NCBI GenBank assembly: GCA_013115145.1
Contig: JAAPAO010000033.1
Coordinates: forward strand, 58,483 to 122,482
Origin: Perkinsus chesapeaki ATCC PRA-425
Lineage: Eukaryota > Protista > Perkinsozoa
Length of the DNA: 64,000 nucleotides
Direction of reading: 5' to 3'
A program made the translations under genes and the position numbers. Under the pieces are notes generated by a model. The model saw only the letters and a program-made list of their open reading frames with translations. It searched no databases and was not told the origin of the DNA. Positions 27,395-40,467 of the stretch are shown one piece after another; the first letter of the stretch is position 1; each line of letters begins with the position of its first letter.

Positions 27395-30300
27395 ATGGGT
27401 AATACAATATCATGTGGAGTTAAGGAAAAGTAATAATAAAGGTATAAATGGAATAGGAGGATGGTATTAGTTACTCACAACCATCATCCTTACGAGAGGA
27501 GAATGACCCACTACGTGGTGGGGTAGGGACAACATCACCAATACATAATGAAGAGGATAATGGGATATTAGCAGACGATAATATATCACAATATGAGGTT
27601 AGAAGTGAAGGTAATAATAATATTAATATTTATGGACATATAAGTATAGGAGGATCGTTACTACCAAAACCTGATATAGATGATACCCCTCCAGAGGCTA
27701 AATTTATGGTTTGTGATACTCAACAGTCAATAAGGCTCAGAGCTAGGTAATACCGTACAGGGAGGTGTATTATTATGTATAATAGATACGAAGCTGAGTT
27801 TGTGAGGGAATATGATACTGCACAGTTACCTCCGGGTGATACATATTATATAGTCTCCACTAAATGGATTAATTCATGGAAGCATTTTGTAAGAGTAGTA
27901 TTATCAGTAATACTAATATCACAATTAGTAATATCAGATATCAGAGGGGAAGGATCTCCCTGGTCCAATATCTAATAATTTATTCTTTCGTGATGATCTT
28001 AAGACCCTACTACCTAGGTTAGTGCGTTCAAGGGATTATAGAGGGATAAATGAAACTATATGGAAGTTCTGGTAATATTGATATAATATATTTGCTATTA
28101 CCTATTATATAGGTTAGCACGCTATGGTGGTGGTCCGGTTATTACTAGGTTAACATTAGATATTTATGATCATACTGGGGAGTCGCCCGGTAGGGATGTC
28201 CATAGAGCTAGGGAGGCAGGAGAGACAGGAGCGTTAACTGAGTCTACGAGTATCTACCTTAATACCTATATTGCTTCCTAGTATTATATATATTAGGCCC
28301 TGCTGATATTGATGTTACCACCAAGCCTGTGGGAATAAAGAATTTAGGAAGTAATACTGAAGTGATTATTGGTAGCTATATAAAGTGCTGTTGGATAGGT
28401 ACATGTTTTGTGACGTGCGTTTTACAATGTATGTTATCTATTGCTGAATTCACCTGTCTAGCAGCACAAATGAAGGCTGGTTTAAGACATTATCAACAAC
28501 AACAACAACAAGGCAATCATATTGTGAGGGAAAATGATGATGAACCACAAGGAGATAGTACAGGTGGAGAGTCGGATAGTGTAGTGCATAACTGGGCATA
28601 TGCCATATAATTATTGTTATTTAGAAGGAGGCAACTGCATCATCCTCGAATGTATCTGTAGCTGGATCTGATGCTGTTGCATTATACGAGCCGCAGAAAG
28701 GATACGGTGAAGTGGCAGCGGCTATAGTAGACCTGTTTGATAAATGTCAAGTTAATGTAGAGGATCTAACAACTGATAGTAAACCATCAGTTAATCCAGT
28801 AAGGCTATTATCGGCACTTAAAAAGAGGTAAAGATAGGGATGGTTAGCAGCAGAAACAGCAGCAGCAGGGTTGAATAGGTATCCTAGAAACCCGTTGTTT
28901 ATGGACTTAGCTGAGGAACAAGACTGTCATGAGTTCTTATCAGTATTATTAGATGCTTTAAGTGGATGTAATAGTAATTACATTATACATAATTATTATA
29001 ATATTATAGGTACTCATGATGCTGTGTTATCTGATGAGGAGACCTCACATACCAGTCACTCTCGTCAGCATCACCAACAACAACAGCATCAGCAGCAGCA
29101 GCAGCATCAGCAGTCGACTAGTACACGATTACCTTCACCTAACTCAACATCATCACTAGCATCATCTAGAGGGACTAGTCCTCCTCCTTCTGTATCCAGG
29201 AATAGGGACAGGACGGCACAATCAGCTCATGTACCATATACTACTACTAATAACAACACTGTTATGAGGTGGTGCTCAACAATAATGTTGTTTATGGTAT
29301 TACTACAAGTCTATCAGGCACATTGATAAGGGTACTAGAGATGATTATAGGAAGAAATCATTACCACCAATGAGGCCTCCTCGTAGCCCTTATGATGAGT
29401 CTGTTGTGAGGGTTGTCTGATGTACGGTGGTAATATAGGTATTATTATTAATAGGTCCATTGGAGGGAGTATAGGGCTAAAAACCCATCATTAATAACAG
29501 ATATGTTTAGTGGTATGTTCCGATCAAGGTTTATGTGTCACTCATGTGGTCATGTTACCAAAATCTATGAACCTATAATGGATCTATCATTACCAGTATT
29601 AATAATCGATGATGTGATGAGTGAATGATGGTGAACAGGTGCCAGCAGAGCCAGGCCCAGAGATGACAACAACTCCAGGATGTTCAGCAGCCTTTAGGCC
29701 ATCTGCGGTAATAATTCTTTTACGAGAGGAGGTAGAATTGAATGGGTTAAGGGGGCATCTGGTGGGCAACAACATCAACAGCAGCAGCAAAGTGTTAGCC
29801 AACATGGTAATGGTGGCGGATCAGTTAGTCTAAAACAGCTTATAGCTGACTATTTTGTGGATGAAGAGTTAACGGATTTCTCATGTGAAAAGTGTCAATG
29901 TAAATGTACCAAGGCAACAAAGTCAACTAAGGTAGTATTGGGGACAGCCGATGACACAATGGATAATGGGGAATTAGGTTACCACTAGTCCGGATATATT
30001 GGTAATACATTTACGACGGTTTACTGCACAAGGACGGAAAATTAATACACCTGGTAGTAATGATATCTATACGCTGTTGCTTATGAATGTATTAGTATCC
30101 TTCCCAATGGAGTGTGCTAAACTAGTTGATAGAGCATGTAATTGGGGAGGAGGGGGACAGGCAGCACAACAGCAGCAGCAGCACCAATCATCGCGGAAAG
30201 GCTCCACTGTTTCGAATTCCTCTTCCTCCTGTATAGAGGGTTCATGCAGCTTTCAACCCTATCTAGATGGTGCATATCGATTATTGGGGTTATGTGTTCA

Positions 30301-30603
30301 TATAGGGACACATTTAGGGACTGGGCATTATGTATCATATGTTAGGAGAAAGGTAATAACAATATGGTATTACTGCTGCATAATAGTAGTACTATGGGTA
30401 TGGTTAGGCAGCTGGTGGTGATGCTAGATGGTGGAGGTGTGATGATGAGAAAGTGTCATTAATTGATCCAGATAAAGTGTGTTATAATAATATTATTTAT
30501 TATTCATATCGTTCATTAGGTTCTGGCAAAGCAGTCTCAGGTTTACTGTTTATTCTTCCAAAAGTGCAGCGGACCTTCCAATCTACCCGGTAACTACTGC
30601 TAA
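27395..30603 (+). CDS. Ubiquitin-specific protease (peptidase C19) with N-terminal DUSP domain
   Basis: DUSP: GDTYYIVSTKWINSWKHFV...PGPISN...YGGGP. Cys box: GIKNLGSNTCFVTCVLQC, then EEQDCHEFL. His box: LCVHIGTHLGTGHYVSYVR. Confidence 0.9.
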
Positions 30604-31172
30604 TCCTCCCTCCTCCTTACTATTATCCTTCTTAGTCCCGCATAGTGGTTATAGTTTGTCTAATTATGTACCATCACGGTCAACAGCAACAACAACAAGC
30701 ACAGCAGCATCATCACGATAGCACGTTGTGTGGTTTTAGTGTTGTTGTTGTTATGGATTATCGTACCATACCGATCCCTTATACATTTTAATGTCACCAT
30801 GCCTCCTTCACCGTTTTATAATTATGCATCATTATCATCATCATAAACAATAACTAATAGCGTTACCACCACCACCTGCTACTACTACTTGTTATTCTCC
30901 CATATCCCCCCTACTACCTCATCGTCTACTAACATTACTGTTACTTCCTTACGTCCTATAGAGTTGCTGGTTACCCTAGTGCGCTTGTGAGTGTCGATGA
31001 GAATCTTTACATCCACTTGACTACTCCCCATTACTACCAAACGCTTCTCTCGATACCAGCTGTATTGAGTTAGTCATTTAGTCTTATCAAAGTAGCAACC
31101 TGTTAAGTTTGTATAACGGCGTAGACGGGGAAGTAGAACTCTAAGCTGCGAGTAATAAGAATATCACAATCA

Positions 31173-33630
31173 ATGTCCATAATTACAATAATACTATACC
31201 TGGCTGGAATAGCCTTCAGTGAACCTAAACCGGGGTTAGGTAGATCTGTGAGTAGTGGGTTAGCTGATACCATAGCAGCTGGTACTATAAGGAATGCATT
31301 CTATGTATTAAAGCCAACAAACCCTTTTAAGGAGGTGCCTGGTAGGGTTGTTATATAACTCATACTAAAAGGAATGGTTTAGTTCAGGGTTGAAGGTATG
31401 GAGGGATTGTGATTACTTTGGTTTCCAATATTCAATGGAATGGTACTTTATGGAGACTTTAGCAATGAATAGACAGTTCTCTGTTGATGACCCGAATGCT
31501 GCTGAATATATATTATTAGGTAAGAAGGCTTTTCATCATCTGTTACCTATCAACACTTTAGCTTCGAGTGTGGGCTCGTACGGTTAAATTATAACATTGA
31601 AGTAGAACTCATACTATCTTAATCACACATAATGGCCGCCGGTGTATACTCTCTCAGGTCAGTGTGTATCGTATGTTTACTTTTGGTTGAGAGAGAGTCG
31701 TCATCTAGAGCATTGGCCAGCCATAAAAGAGGCTGAACAATCATACCTGATACCCCTTATCAAATGGGCTAAGTCAAGTCCTTTACATAAGCGTTACAAT
31801 GGCAGTAACTTTATAATAGTTTACTCGATGGACCTTGGTAGACAAGACTTCATAGACGCGAACAAGCTTATACAGACCTGGTCGGTTGGCTCTCTTGCGG
31901 GCTCACCAGACTGGCTCGACCATAATGTTCAACGACTAACATATATGACTACACGAAACGAAACAGACGAATGCTACTTGTCTGATGCCGTGGTAGTTAC
32001 AGCCGATCGAGATACCAAACCACAGGACTTTGTTATCGGTATACCATCAAGGTTCAATCCAGACCCGAGAGCATTGGAAACAAAGCGCCCGTATCTACTC
32101 TACTTTGCAGGATCTCCTAACTCTTGTGCACGTCGTAGAGTTCTTGCCCATCTCGATCCAGAAAGGGGTGGAGTTAACCGCAGCGACATTCTTGTTACTA
32201 CCCGTATACGGGGTGATAGGGAGTATCGGCAAAGGCTTTGGGCTACTAAGTTTTGTCTTGTTATGTGTGGCTCTAGCCATACTAATAACGTCCGTTTATA
32301 TGACGTTATACTTCATGGTTGTATTCCAGTTATTATATCAGACGACTTTGAGCCTCCTCTACCAGATTGGCTATCTTGGAATGATATAGCGATTTTCCTA
32401 CGTCCTACTATGATACCCGACTTGGAAAGTATTCTACGTAGCATCACAGATGACCGACGCCTATTAATGCATGAGAGGCTTGTAAAGCATCGCTTTTCGG
32501 CTATGAGATCGTTCGAATGGAGGGGTGGTATGTTTTGGATGGCAATGTTATCTGGTGCTGCCCAACGCATTGCAGGCCAGCTCCACAGACACCCACGGAA
32601 ACAGATCATCGATACCTATACTAGACTAGCAGCAGAGGGCTTCACCCGTACTGTAGGGAAGTGGCTCGATCCCACTATCAACGAGACACTAATTTCCCTT
32701 AGAAGTCTGGTAGGTGTCAGTCTCTCCTCCTCGGGTTTCGGTTGCGCTGATGCCGAGACGCTACTCCCAGCCCTGCGCTTGCTTGTAAAACGTCGGCCTT
32801 ATGCATTTTCCTTACCGTTGGTTATTATTGATGGCGGTGCTAATATTGGGAAGTCCTCATCGTCTTTCATGGAAACCTTTGGTGATGTTGCCTATAGGCG
32901 AGTAGTTCAACGAGCAGGCGAGGCGATAATACCCTGTATAGTGTGCCCGAGGGAACTAGGTGGTTGGAACATATTATTAATATCAGTAGAACCCCACAGT
33001 GGGAACTTCAAACATTTACAAGAGGCTGCCTTGGAAGGCCACTGGAGCTTGGAAGGATGGGTCGGTGTTAAGGCTGCCATGTCCGATCGGGAAGGTGAAG
33101 GGCTATTCCAACGAAATGCTGAATTAGATGTCGATGAAGTCGGAGTACTTCTGGAAGACCGAAGTGAAGCATCAGATTATCAGAATGTTGATCTTGTTAA
33201 AACAGTTACACTCGAATCTCTCTATCGAAATGAAATTGTTACCAGAGTCCCTAATGCTGAGATATTTCTGGTCAAATTGGATATCGAAGGCCAAGAGCCT
33301 CGAGTACTGCAAGCTTCTCGGTTTATACTAATGACGCCTGGTAGGGTCAAATTTGTTGTATTTGAATACTCACGTAACACTTGGCGTGTGGATATCTCTG
33401 AGACTATATCATTTATGTGGTCTGTTGGATATATGTGCTTTCTTATTACTGAATCAATGTTATGGCCTGTTGGAGGCCCTTATTGGAATGATGTCTATCA
33501 ATCGCCTATCTGGAGCAACATACTATGCGGACGTCTTACAGATCCCGACTTGGTTGCTTTGTACGATTTGCATAATGATAAGCATGACTCAAGGTTCTCT
33601 GATTTCGTAAAGGAGATTGTTGCACAGTAA
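31173..33630 (+). CDS. Signal-peptide-bearing exostosin-like GT47 glycosyltransferase fused to an FkbM-family methyltransferase
   Basis: GT47: LYFAG...EYRQRLWATKFCLVMCG...RLYDVILHGCIPVIISDDFEPP. FkbM: VIIDGGANIG (32821), SVEPH, AAMSD, VTLESL, VKLDIEGQEPRVL, VVFEY. Both domains lie in one uninterrupted exon. Confidence 0.85.
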
Positions 33631-33744
33631 AGTATCATGTATTGCGTTTTCTACATAGTACAGAGTGTCTATACCCTTGTATTGTAGAGGCCACTACGTG
33701 GACACAAAACATCATAATTGATATATTCAAGCATGGTAACATCA

Positions 33745-34519
33745 TCACGTGTAGGAAATAATAAGAGGATTCTGCTTCCATTTCCTATGCTGTGACACTT
33801 GTCCATTGGTTATGATGTCATATTGAACACTTGTAAGGTTAGGGACCTGAATCAGGTGATAACAAAGGACAAAGCGAACAGGACACCTTCATAACAGACC
33901 AAAGCCGAGTTCGACACCCAGCAACACCACCTGGTTTGGCGTCACGGTCGTCGTCTACGCTACTATTTCCAATCAAAGTATTGGACAATGAACTAAGAGC
34001 AAGGCTACGGAGACAGACTAACTCCATGTCATTTACTAGTATTGGGGTCCCGCCTTCAGTAAAACCGCATCAGACTGCGCTCGGGGAAGTTTGCCTCTAT
34101 GCTGCGCTGCCTTAACTGGTTCACATTGGGACCATACATGTCGGAGAGATTTGAAGTCACTGAAAAGCATGCCCCTCAATGTTGGCAGAGTGACCGAAAC
34201 TTCATACCGTGTTCCAGCAGTAAAGTCCTGTAGACTGCTCTGTGATGGACTGTACTCTACCAAGTGTCGAGTATCTTCACCAGCATTATCAGCAGATGCT
34301 CTTGGGTTCCGACCACGCCGCTCCCAACAGCAAACGCCACCTCGGCATCGACCTGGCAAGGGGTTCCGGTGTTCAACTCGTATCTGGTTTTATACCTGGA
34401 TGCTCTTGATTGTAAAGTCGTTGGCGATAGTATGGTGTTGTGTTATTATTATAGCGGTGTGGCTCAGCGGCGTGCCTAGCCAATGATACGCAGGAGTACC
34501 CAGTCCGTTGGAGAGGCAT
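33745..34519 (-). CDS. Multi-exon hypothetical protein
   Basis: ORFs 34036-34359 and 33839-34027 join in frame through short GT-AG introns, with ATG at 34519 and TGA at 33745-33747. No family recognised. Confidence 0.45.
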
Positions 34520-34609
34520 TATCTGTCATTCTCAGATACCGAGATATAACAACACAACAATACACGGCATCCAAAAAGCAAATATGAAAATGACTTAGAA
34601 TGTAGAGGT

Positions 34610-35352
34610 CTACTCCCACACAACCTCATCGTCTTCGTTTTCGTCCTCAGCTGCCAGACGTCCCTCGGGTGAAGTCGATACCTTCTCCCTCCTTCCTTCA
34701 GTAGCAGGAGACTCCTTATTGTAGTTCTTGTGCTCCGCAGTGCTGCTGCTTGCAATGATATAATGAAGTTTGGTAGCAAACCTCGTCCAAAAGTCATCGC
34801 TACTCACATCTCCGTTTGTAACTATACAAAAGAAGTTGCCTCTACACATCGCATACACCTTACCCAGCTTCGCATACATCATCTTTACATCTTTATCGTT
34901 ACCCCATTCAGATGCCACCCCTTGGCACTGTCCAGCATCAACAACTTGGTATTCGGACTCTAAATCATCGCTATATGTAGACTCGCTATTCACCATTTCG
35001 CGGATGCTCTTCCGTATGTCATCAGGAAGACTAATAACATCACCCTGTTAAATGACCGTATTTTTAACTAACCCTACCAGTTGTATTTCTCATTAGCAGT
35101 GATAACATCAACTATATCCCCATCAACCGATGAGGTGGTACTACTGCCTTTCATCTCATCTATCTTCTTACCAATCTGATAACATTATTCAACTGTATTC
35201 TCATGTCATCTCTTCACCTGTTGTGTGTAATCTTTGGTATCTTTCTTCAATTGTTCTACAAATTGTTGTATATCCTCAGCCACATAGGATTCTCTAAGTT
35301 GTTTCGCCCCTTCTTGTAGTTTCGCGTTCAGTGTTGAGAATATATCACTCAT
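34610..35352 (-). CDS. BSD domain-containing protein (BSDC1-like)
   Basis: ...NDKDVKMMYAKL VTNGDVSSDDFWTRF... matches the BSD FW motif. Helical N-terminus and acidic tail ending in xxWE. The 3' end is approximate. Confidence 0.65.
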
Positions 35353-35520
35353 CTATCTTATCAAGCATGCAAGCATGCGGTGTCAGGCAGAGCAGGTATG
35401 ATTAACTCAAGGCAGATATCCTTCTGAGACTATCCATCAACAAGACTGTGGAATCTCAGCTACATTTATTAGATTCTACTCACAATGTACATTAGTAATC
35501 GCTGATGGAATACCATTCTG

Positions 35521-36809
35521 CTATCGTCCTTCTTCTTCTTGTTGTTGCCTATCTTTAAAGACCTCTCGTATAGTGTCCTTTACGGAGTAATGTACTTTAA
35601 ACCCATATACCCTATAAAGGAATACATATACCATATTGCCAACATCATCATCAGCGGCAGCAGCAGCAGCATTGGTGTGTTCTACCTTGGCTCGTATGGT
35701 CTAGCACTACTAGTTGATTGGAAATGAGGATACATCATCATAAACATATGTGCTGCAGAGCTACCAAAGAACGCTCCATCAAAGGATGTTAGACTAAGTG
35801 ATAACAGCAGTAACAAGGGCATGGACTGGAATGCAGCAGCAGCAGCAGTAGTCCTACTTGGAGGGTTGTGATGGATAGTAAATCTCATTGCATCTTGGGC
35901 AGTATATCTTAGGTGTTGATACCTGTGGTTGGTCACATCCTATAGGGAGGACCTGAATAGTGCAATAAAGGTGATGACGATGAATATGAAGCCTGACTGA
36001 TTACAGCCTGTCTTGCTGCCTCACAGTCGGCATTGGGGCAGATACCATATGTAAAGTCAGATATCTTATCATGAAGTGCCTCTAGCCCTCTACTTGTAAT
36101 TAGGAATCTACAATCGACATTGGTTGCTAGCAGCAAGAGCAGCAGCTGCACCACCACCACCTGGCATGTACTAGACCGTATAGGAGCTGTGCTGAGTTCT
36201 CTATAACTGATGTTCGACTATCATTGACATGACCCATGTAATTCCTTTCCTCTAATAAAGGATAAGGCTTAGCGTTGCCTCTGTTAATGGTGCCTTACCA
36301 AGGTCTAATACTGTATTAAGTGCTCTATCATAGTAAGGTACAACATCTCGTAGACCAGTTAGGTTAAAACTATCTCTTATATAGTCCTCATCAACCTCCA
36401 CAAAGAATCTAAGCATATCATTCACATAATATACAACACCACCAGTAGCAGCAGCAGCAGTAGTATTTACCCGTGGCCTTTACTATTGCAGAACCATTCT
36501 ATCCATGTGATATCTTCCTCTTCCTCCTCTTGCTCTTCTTCTTCATCATCATCTCCATCAATGTGAGTTATGTTATCCGACCCCTACAATATTATATCAT
36601 ACATCTCCCTATCTAGGCCATCCTACATAGTCGACTGGCCGACCATCAATGTATTCATGTTCTAATGTGACTGATAATAAACATATGAAGTGTGTGCACA
36701 AGCCTATACCATGACACATACTTGGTATATCGTTAATATCCTCTCCTTCAAGTGCTGCTGCTGCTGCTGGTGGTGATGATGATGCCCTATTATAGTGCCG
36801 GTATGACAT
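35521..36809 (-). CDS. CSNK2B: Casein kinase II regulatory (beta) subunit with N-terminal extension
   Basis: [57 protein letters not shown]...[39 protein letters not shown]. Confidence 0.93.
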
Positions 36810-36938
36810 GATATATCCTCATTGCCTGATATCTACCACTAGTAATGTATTAATAATAACACAAAAGTCATAATGTATAGTTAACATACAGCAATTACTC
36901 ATCAACCTATGCATCAACATGACCTTATACATCTATCC

Positions 36939-37721
36939 TCAACCATCAACACTACTACTAACAATGTTAGCCTTTCTGTGGCCATTACGGTATGATGGCC
37001 TAATATAATAATATATAAATTGCATTGGTGTATTTAAACATGTTGCCTTCAATACAGGTAGATAAGGTGGTACTTCACTAAATGGCATATGCCACCTAAA
37101 CCCTCCATGTTATATACAATTTCTCTTAATACATACCTGTAAGCAGCAGCTCTAGCCGATGCCTCTGTCCTTGCAGCTAGACTATCTACCGTTACTGCTG
37201 ATCCACTAATATCAGGGTTATGTGCTGAAGGCAAGGGTATGCCACTAACATACTGCTGGATGCCCTTTACCAGTTTGGAGTAACAGGCTTCTTGTCAATG
37301 CATGTAGGAATGTTGAGTGCTTAATTAACTGTGATAGGTCCCAATCAGCAGTAGCTGTCATTAAAAATGTGAGGCCGTAGGTTAAGATGATAGCCTACCA
37401 TGTAACCGTTTTAGAGCTGTCTCATTGGCCAAAGCAGCCTCCTCACTAGCCTTTATGGTATGAGATGCAACATGACTATGTAATATAGCATCACGGATAT
37501 CTAATAATATTGGTAACATTATCTTATACCATGTCTTGATATACCTGGACCAGACAGATGAAGATGTTTAGGTATTGGTGGTGCTGTTGATGCGTTAGGA
37601 TCGGGTATGAAATGTGAGAAGCATGTTATAATATGGTGTTCTAGCATAAAGTAATACTATCATACCGACACTTTCTATAAACACAAAACTATTGAGTATA
37701 ACTATCCAAAGGTATCATCAT
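36939..37721 (-). CDS. Multi-exon hypothetical protein
   Basis: In-frame exon chain (…DIRDAILHSHV…, ATADWDLSQLIKHSTFL…, RWHMPFSEVPPYLP…). The 5' end is uncertain and may need a 9-nt microexon. Confidence 0.45.
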
Positions 37722-37799
37722 TGTCTACTTGTTGATGGTAGTGGTTAGAGCAAGGCCATAGCCATGCTGTTTACAATATATGCTTGATATCTCTATAAC

Positions 37800-38694
37800 T
37801 TAGTACTTGCCCTCAGCTTCCAGTTTGGCGGCCTAATCCAATAACATCTTGTTCATCGCTGCTGCTTTAAGCAATGCCTACCAGTTCCCTATCCTTTTCA
37901 CGTCTAGCAGCCAATGCCTCAGCGGCTTCATAATCATGTGAGTTGCGCATCCATAGGAAATGAGGATGATAAGGCAATACATTAGACATGAGATAGTAAG
38001 GTCCACGCTCAGCACGGCGACGATCAAGATACCTGAAAAGGAAGATATGAAGAATAGTGCCATAGTATTACCTAGTAACAGGGTTAGTATTCTCGGCCCT
38101 TTCTCTCTCTTTAGTAGCCTCAACCCATTCAGGAGTGTATCGTTTAGGTTTAACACCTATCTGTCCTAAGGACTGGAGTATATGGCCCAGGCATAGGACA
38201 CCAAGGACTGCAATAGGGCCACCAACCCAGAAGGGCTTCTCGGCAAGGAAGCCCCATCTCCAAGGGAAGTCCTTAGCGAACTCACCATAGTATCTGATAG
38301 CTACAATTATAAGGTAATAATATGGTAATAATGCTACACTGTATGGAACACACCGGCGTTGGTCATATACCAGTGCTCCCAAGTATAACCATGATCGAAT
38401 ACAGGCTGATGAAGGGGATAGGTCTTAGGAGTGCCTAAATGGTATCTTAGGTTGAAGCGATTTGGACAGGTTAAGCTACCATCAGCAAGATACTCTTTAG
38501 GAGGGGGAGGAGGGAACTGCATGAATACCGGTGGACCTGAAGGAATGAGTGATAAAGCACGGTATGATTGTTGTTGTTATACCTCCAATACGATTCCTCT
38601 GTTGTAGGTTAATAAGGCTACCACCAGCCCTCATAAGGCCGGGGGCAATACCAGCATTAGATACTACTGGACGTAGAGTACGAGTAATAAGCAT
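37800..38694 (-). CDS. Mitochondrial cytochrome c oxidase subunit IV-like (myzozoan ApiCox/Cg8-type)
   Basis: Mitochondrial-type presequence MLITRTLRPVVS, one TM helix, then PKRYTPEWVEATKERERAENTNPVTRY, which resembles the COX4 C-terminal PxTxxxEW...NP motif. Confidence 0.7.
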
Positions 38695-39018
38695 TCACAA
38701 AAAGTACTCTAATAATACATCCTTATCTTTAATACCCGACTTAGAATCAATACTAAGCTCTCACTTGAAGCAAGTGAAGCTGGGGTTAACTCTAGCATCC
38801 GGAATTAGGATATTGTAATGTCCCAGATGGACTACAGAAAACTTTACTTGTCAAATATGGCCTGCGCGTGCGCCAACGAATCTTGCGCAATCTTGCATTC
38901 TTGCGTTTCCTCAACGATTGCGACTGCGGACCACTTAGCACTTAGACACAACCGTTCTAGGTAAAGGTTGATCCTTATCCTACTATAACTCGTTCCCCCC
39001 TTCCCATTCAGCTAGTTT
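38695..39018. promoter_or_regulatory. Divergent intergenic region with a triplicated TCTTGC motif
   Basis: Between the COX4-like (-) and TFIIB-like (+) starts. Contains AATCTTGCGCAATCTTGCATTCTTGCG (38879-38905) and TGCGCGTGCGCC upstream. Confidence 0.5.
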
Positions 39019-40320
39019 ATGCTTGGTGCTACTGGCGGCTACACTGATAATCCTCTCCTCCTTCTTGATGATGATGAATATGATCCTCGTAAGGCTGATG
39101 ATGAATACTATGGACAAACCTTTGAAATTGGCCGACAATTTTAGTAGTAAATAAGACGTTGCTCTTGTAAGCTCTTCGTCCTCCTGCTCAGTAATGCCTC
39201 TAGAATCATTGGTAACCCATCGGAGACCGTCTTGACCAATGATGCTACTATTGATGTTAATTTGGCATGTAATGCCTTAGCTAAGGCTGATCACAATGCC
39301 TACCCGTTACTGAGGGATGGAGCTAGGGAGGTGTAAGAGGAGGTTCATGTGATAGGGGTATGGTTATTGTATATCAGATACCTTACATTTGTTAAGAATG
39401 GAGAGATAGGGCATAGGCCTAGACCGGTCCTTGCCTCTATAGCTGTAACATCTTCAAGGGTATCTTTGTTGACTCATCTTAATAGGTTTTATTGGCAAGT
39501 AGACAGTCTGATATCCGCAATATGGTACCTGCTATACTATTCACTGATATAGTGCATTATCTCGCAACTGTAGAGGGATATAAGAGTATGGATTACTACG
39601 CTAAGCCACATTCCCTTATAAAAATAAGTATACCGACACTCCTCCCAACCCTTGTTGAGTCTTATTATCAGGTGAGAAGCTCTATGGCAGCAAAGATATA
39701 CCTCACGCTGACTTGGATGCTCTATTGGAGCGATTACTAGTCCGATGCTGCTGTTGGTCTAGGGCATGCGCTGGACCACAATTGTTCGATATGGCCAAGG
39801 CTAGGCTGATGTGTGTGGGGGATGACCTGGACAAGATGACAGAAGGCAAACGGTGTGGAGTGGTAGGAGCTGCGGTCATTGATGCTTGTGAGGAGTGTGA
39901 ATGGAAGTATAAGAATAATGGGCAGATTATGGAGGAGATGGGCTTGAATAGGAGCATGTTATATAAGTAGTAGAGGGGAGTGGTATGAGGTATAGGGCAA
40001 TAATCAGGTATCGGAATCTCCTGCCGCCACGAAGGAATGACAGCATAGTGGTGTCATCTGCCAGCAATAAGAAACGGCGGCGAGTGGCAAAGGGTTTTGG
40101 GGTGAAGTCTATAGAGAAGCGAAAGAAGTGTTTGAATATAGATTCCCGTACAGTTGGTCTATCAATAGATGATGGTACCAAGGATTTAACTATAGAATTG
40201 GATGATATACTACCTACACTGTCGAATGGTAATCCTACTAGGCCAACACTAGCAGCACCACCTTCATCACCTCCTAAGGAGGATAATACTGTGTTCAATA
40301 TGGATGACTTTTTTGTGTGA
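39019..40320 (+). CDS. Divergent TFIIB/BRF-like cyclin-fold protein
   Basis: AREVYLTFVKNGEIGHRPRPVLASIAV...VLLASRQ...PAILFTDI resembles TFIIB repeat 1. RCGVVGAAVIDACE...NNGQIMEEMGLNRSMLYK resembles repeat 2 with its HTH. Pattern recognition only. Confidence 0.5.
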
Positions 40321-40467
40321 ATACTATTCCATTTACCCCTCTCTGTACCTTTACTATATCATTAGCTATACTTAAATTAGCACTAACCCTTTCTGCATAG
40401 TCTCCTCCCTTATACATTGTGTTAGTTAGGCCAGCTCATCTGTGTCCAGTTTTCTGCCCGTTTTTGT

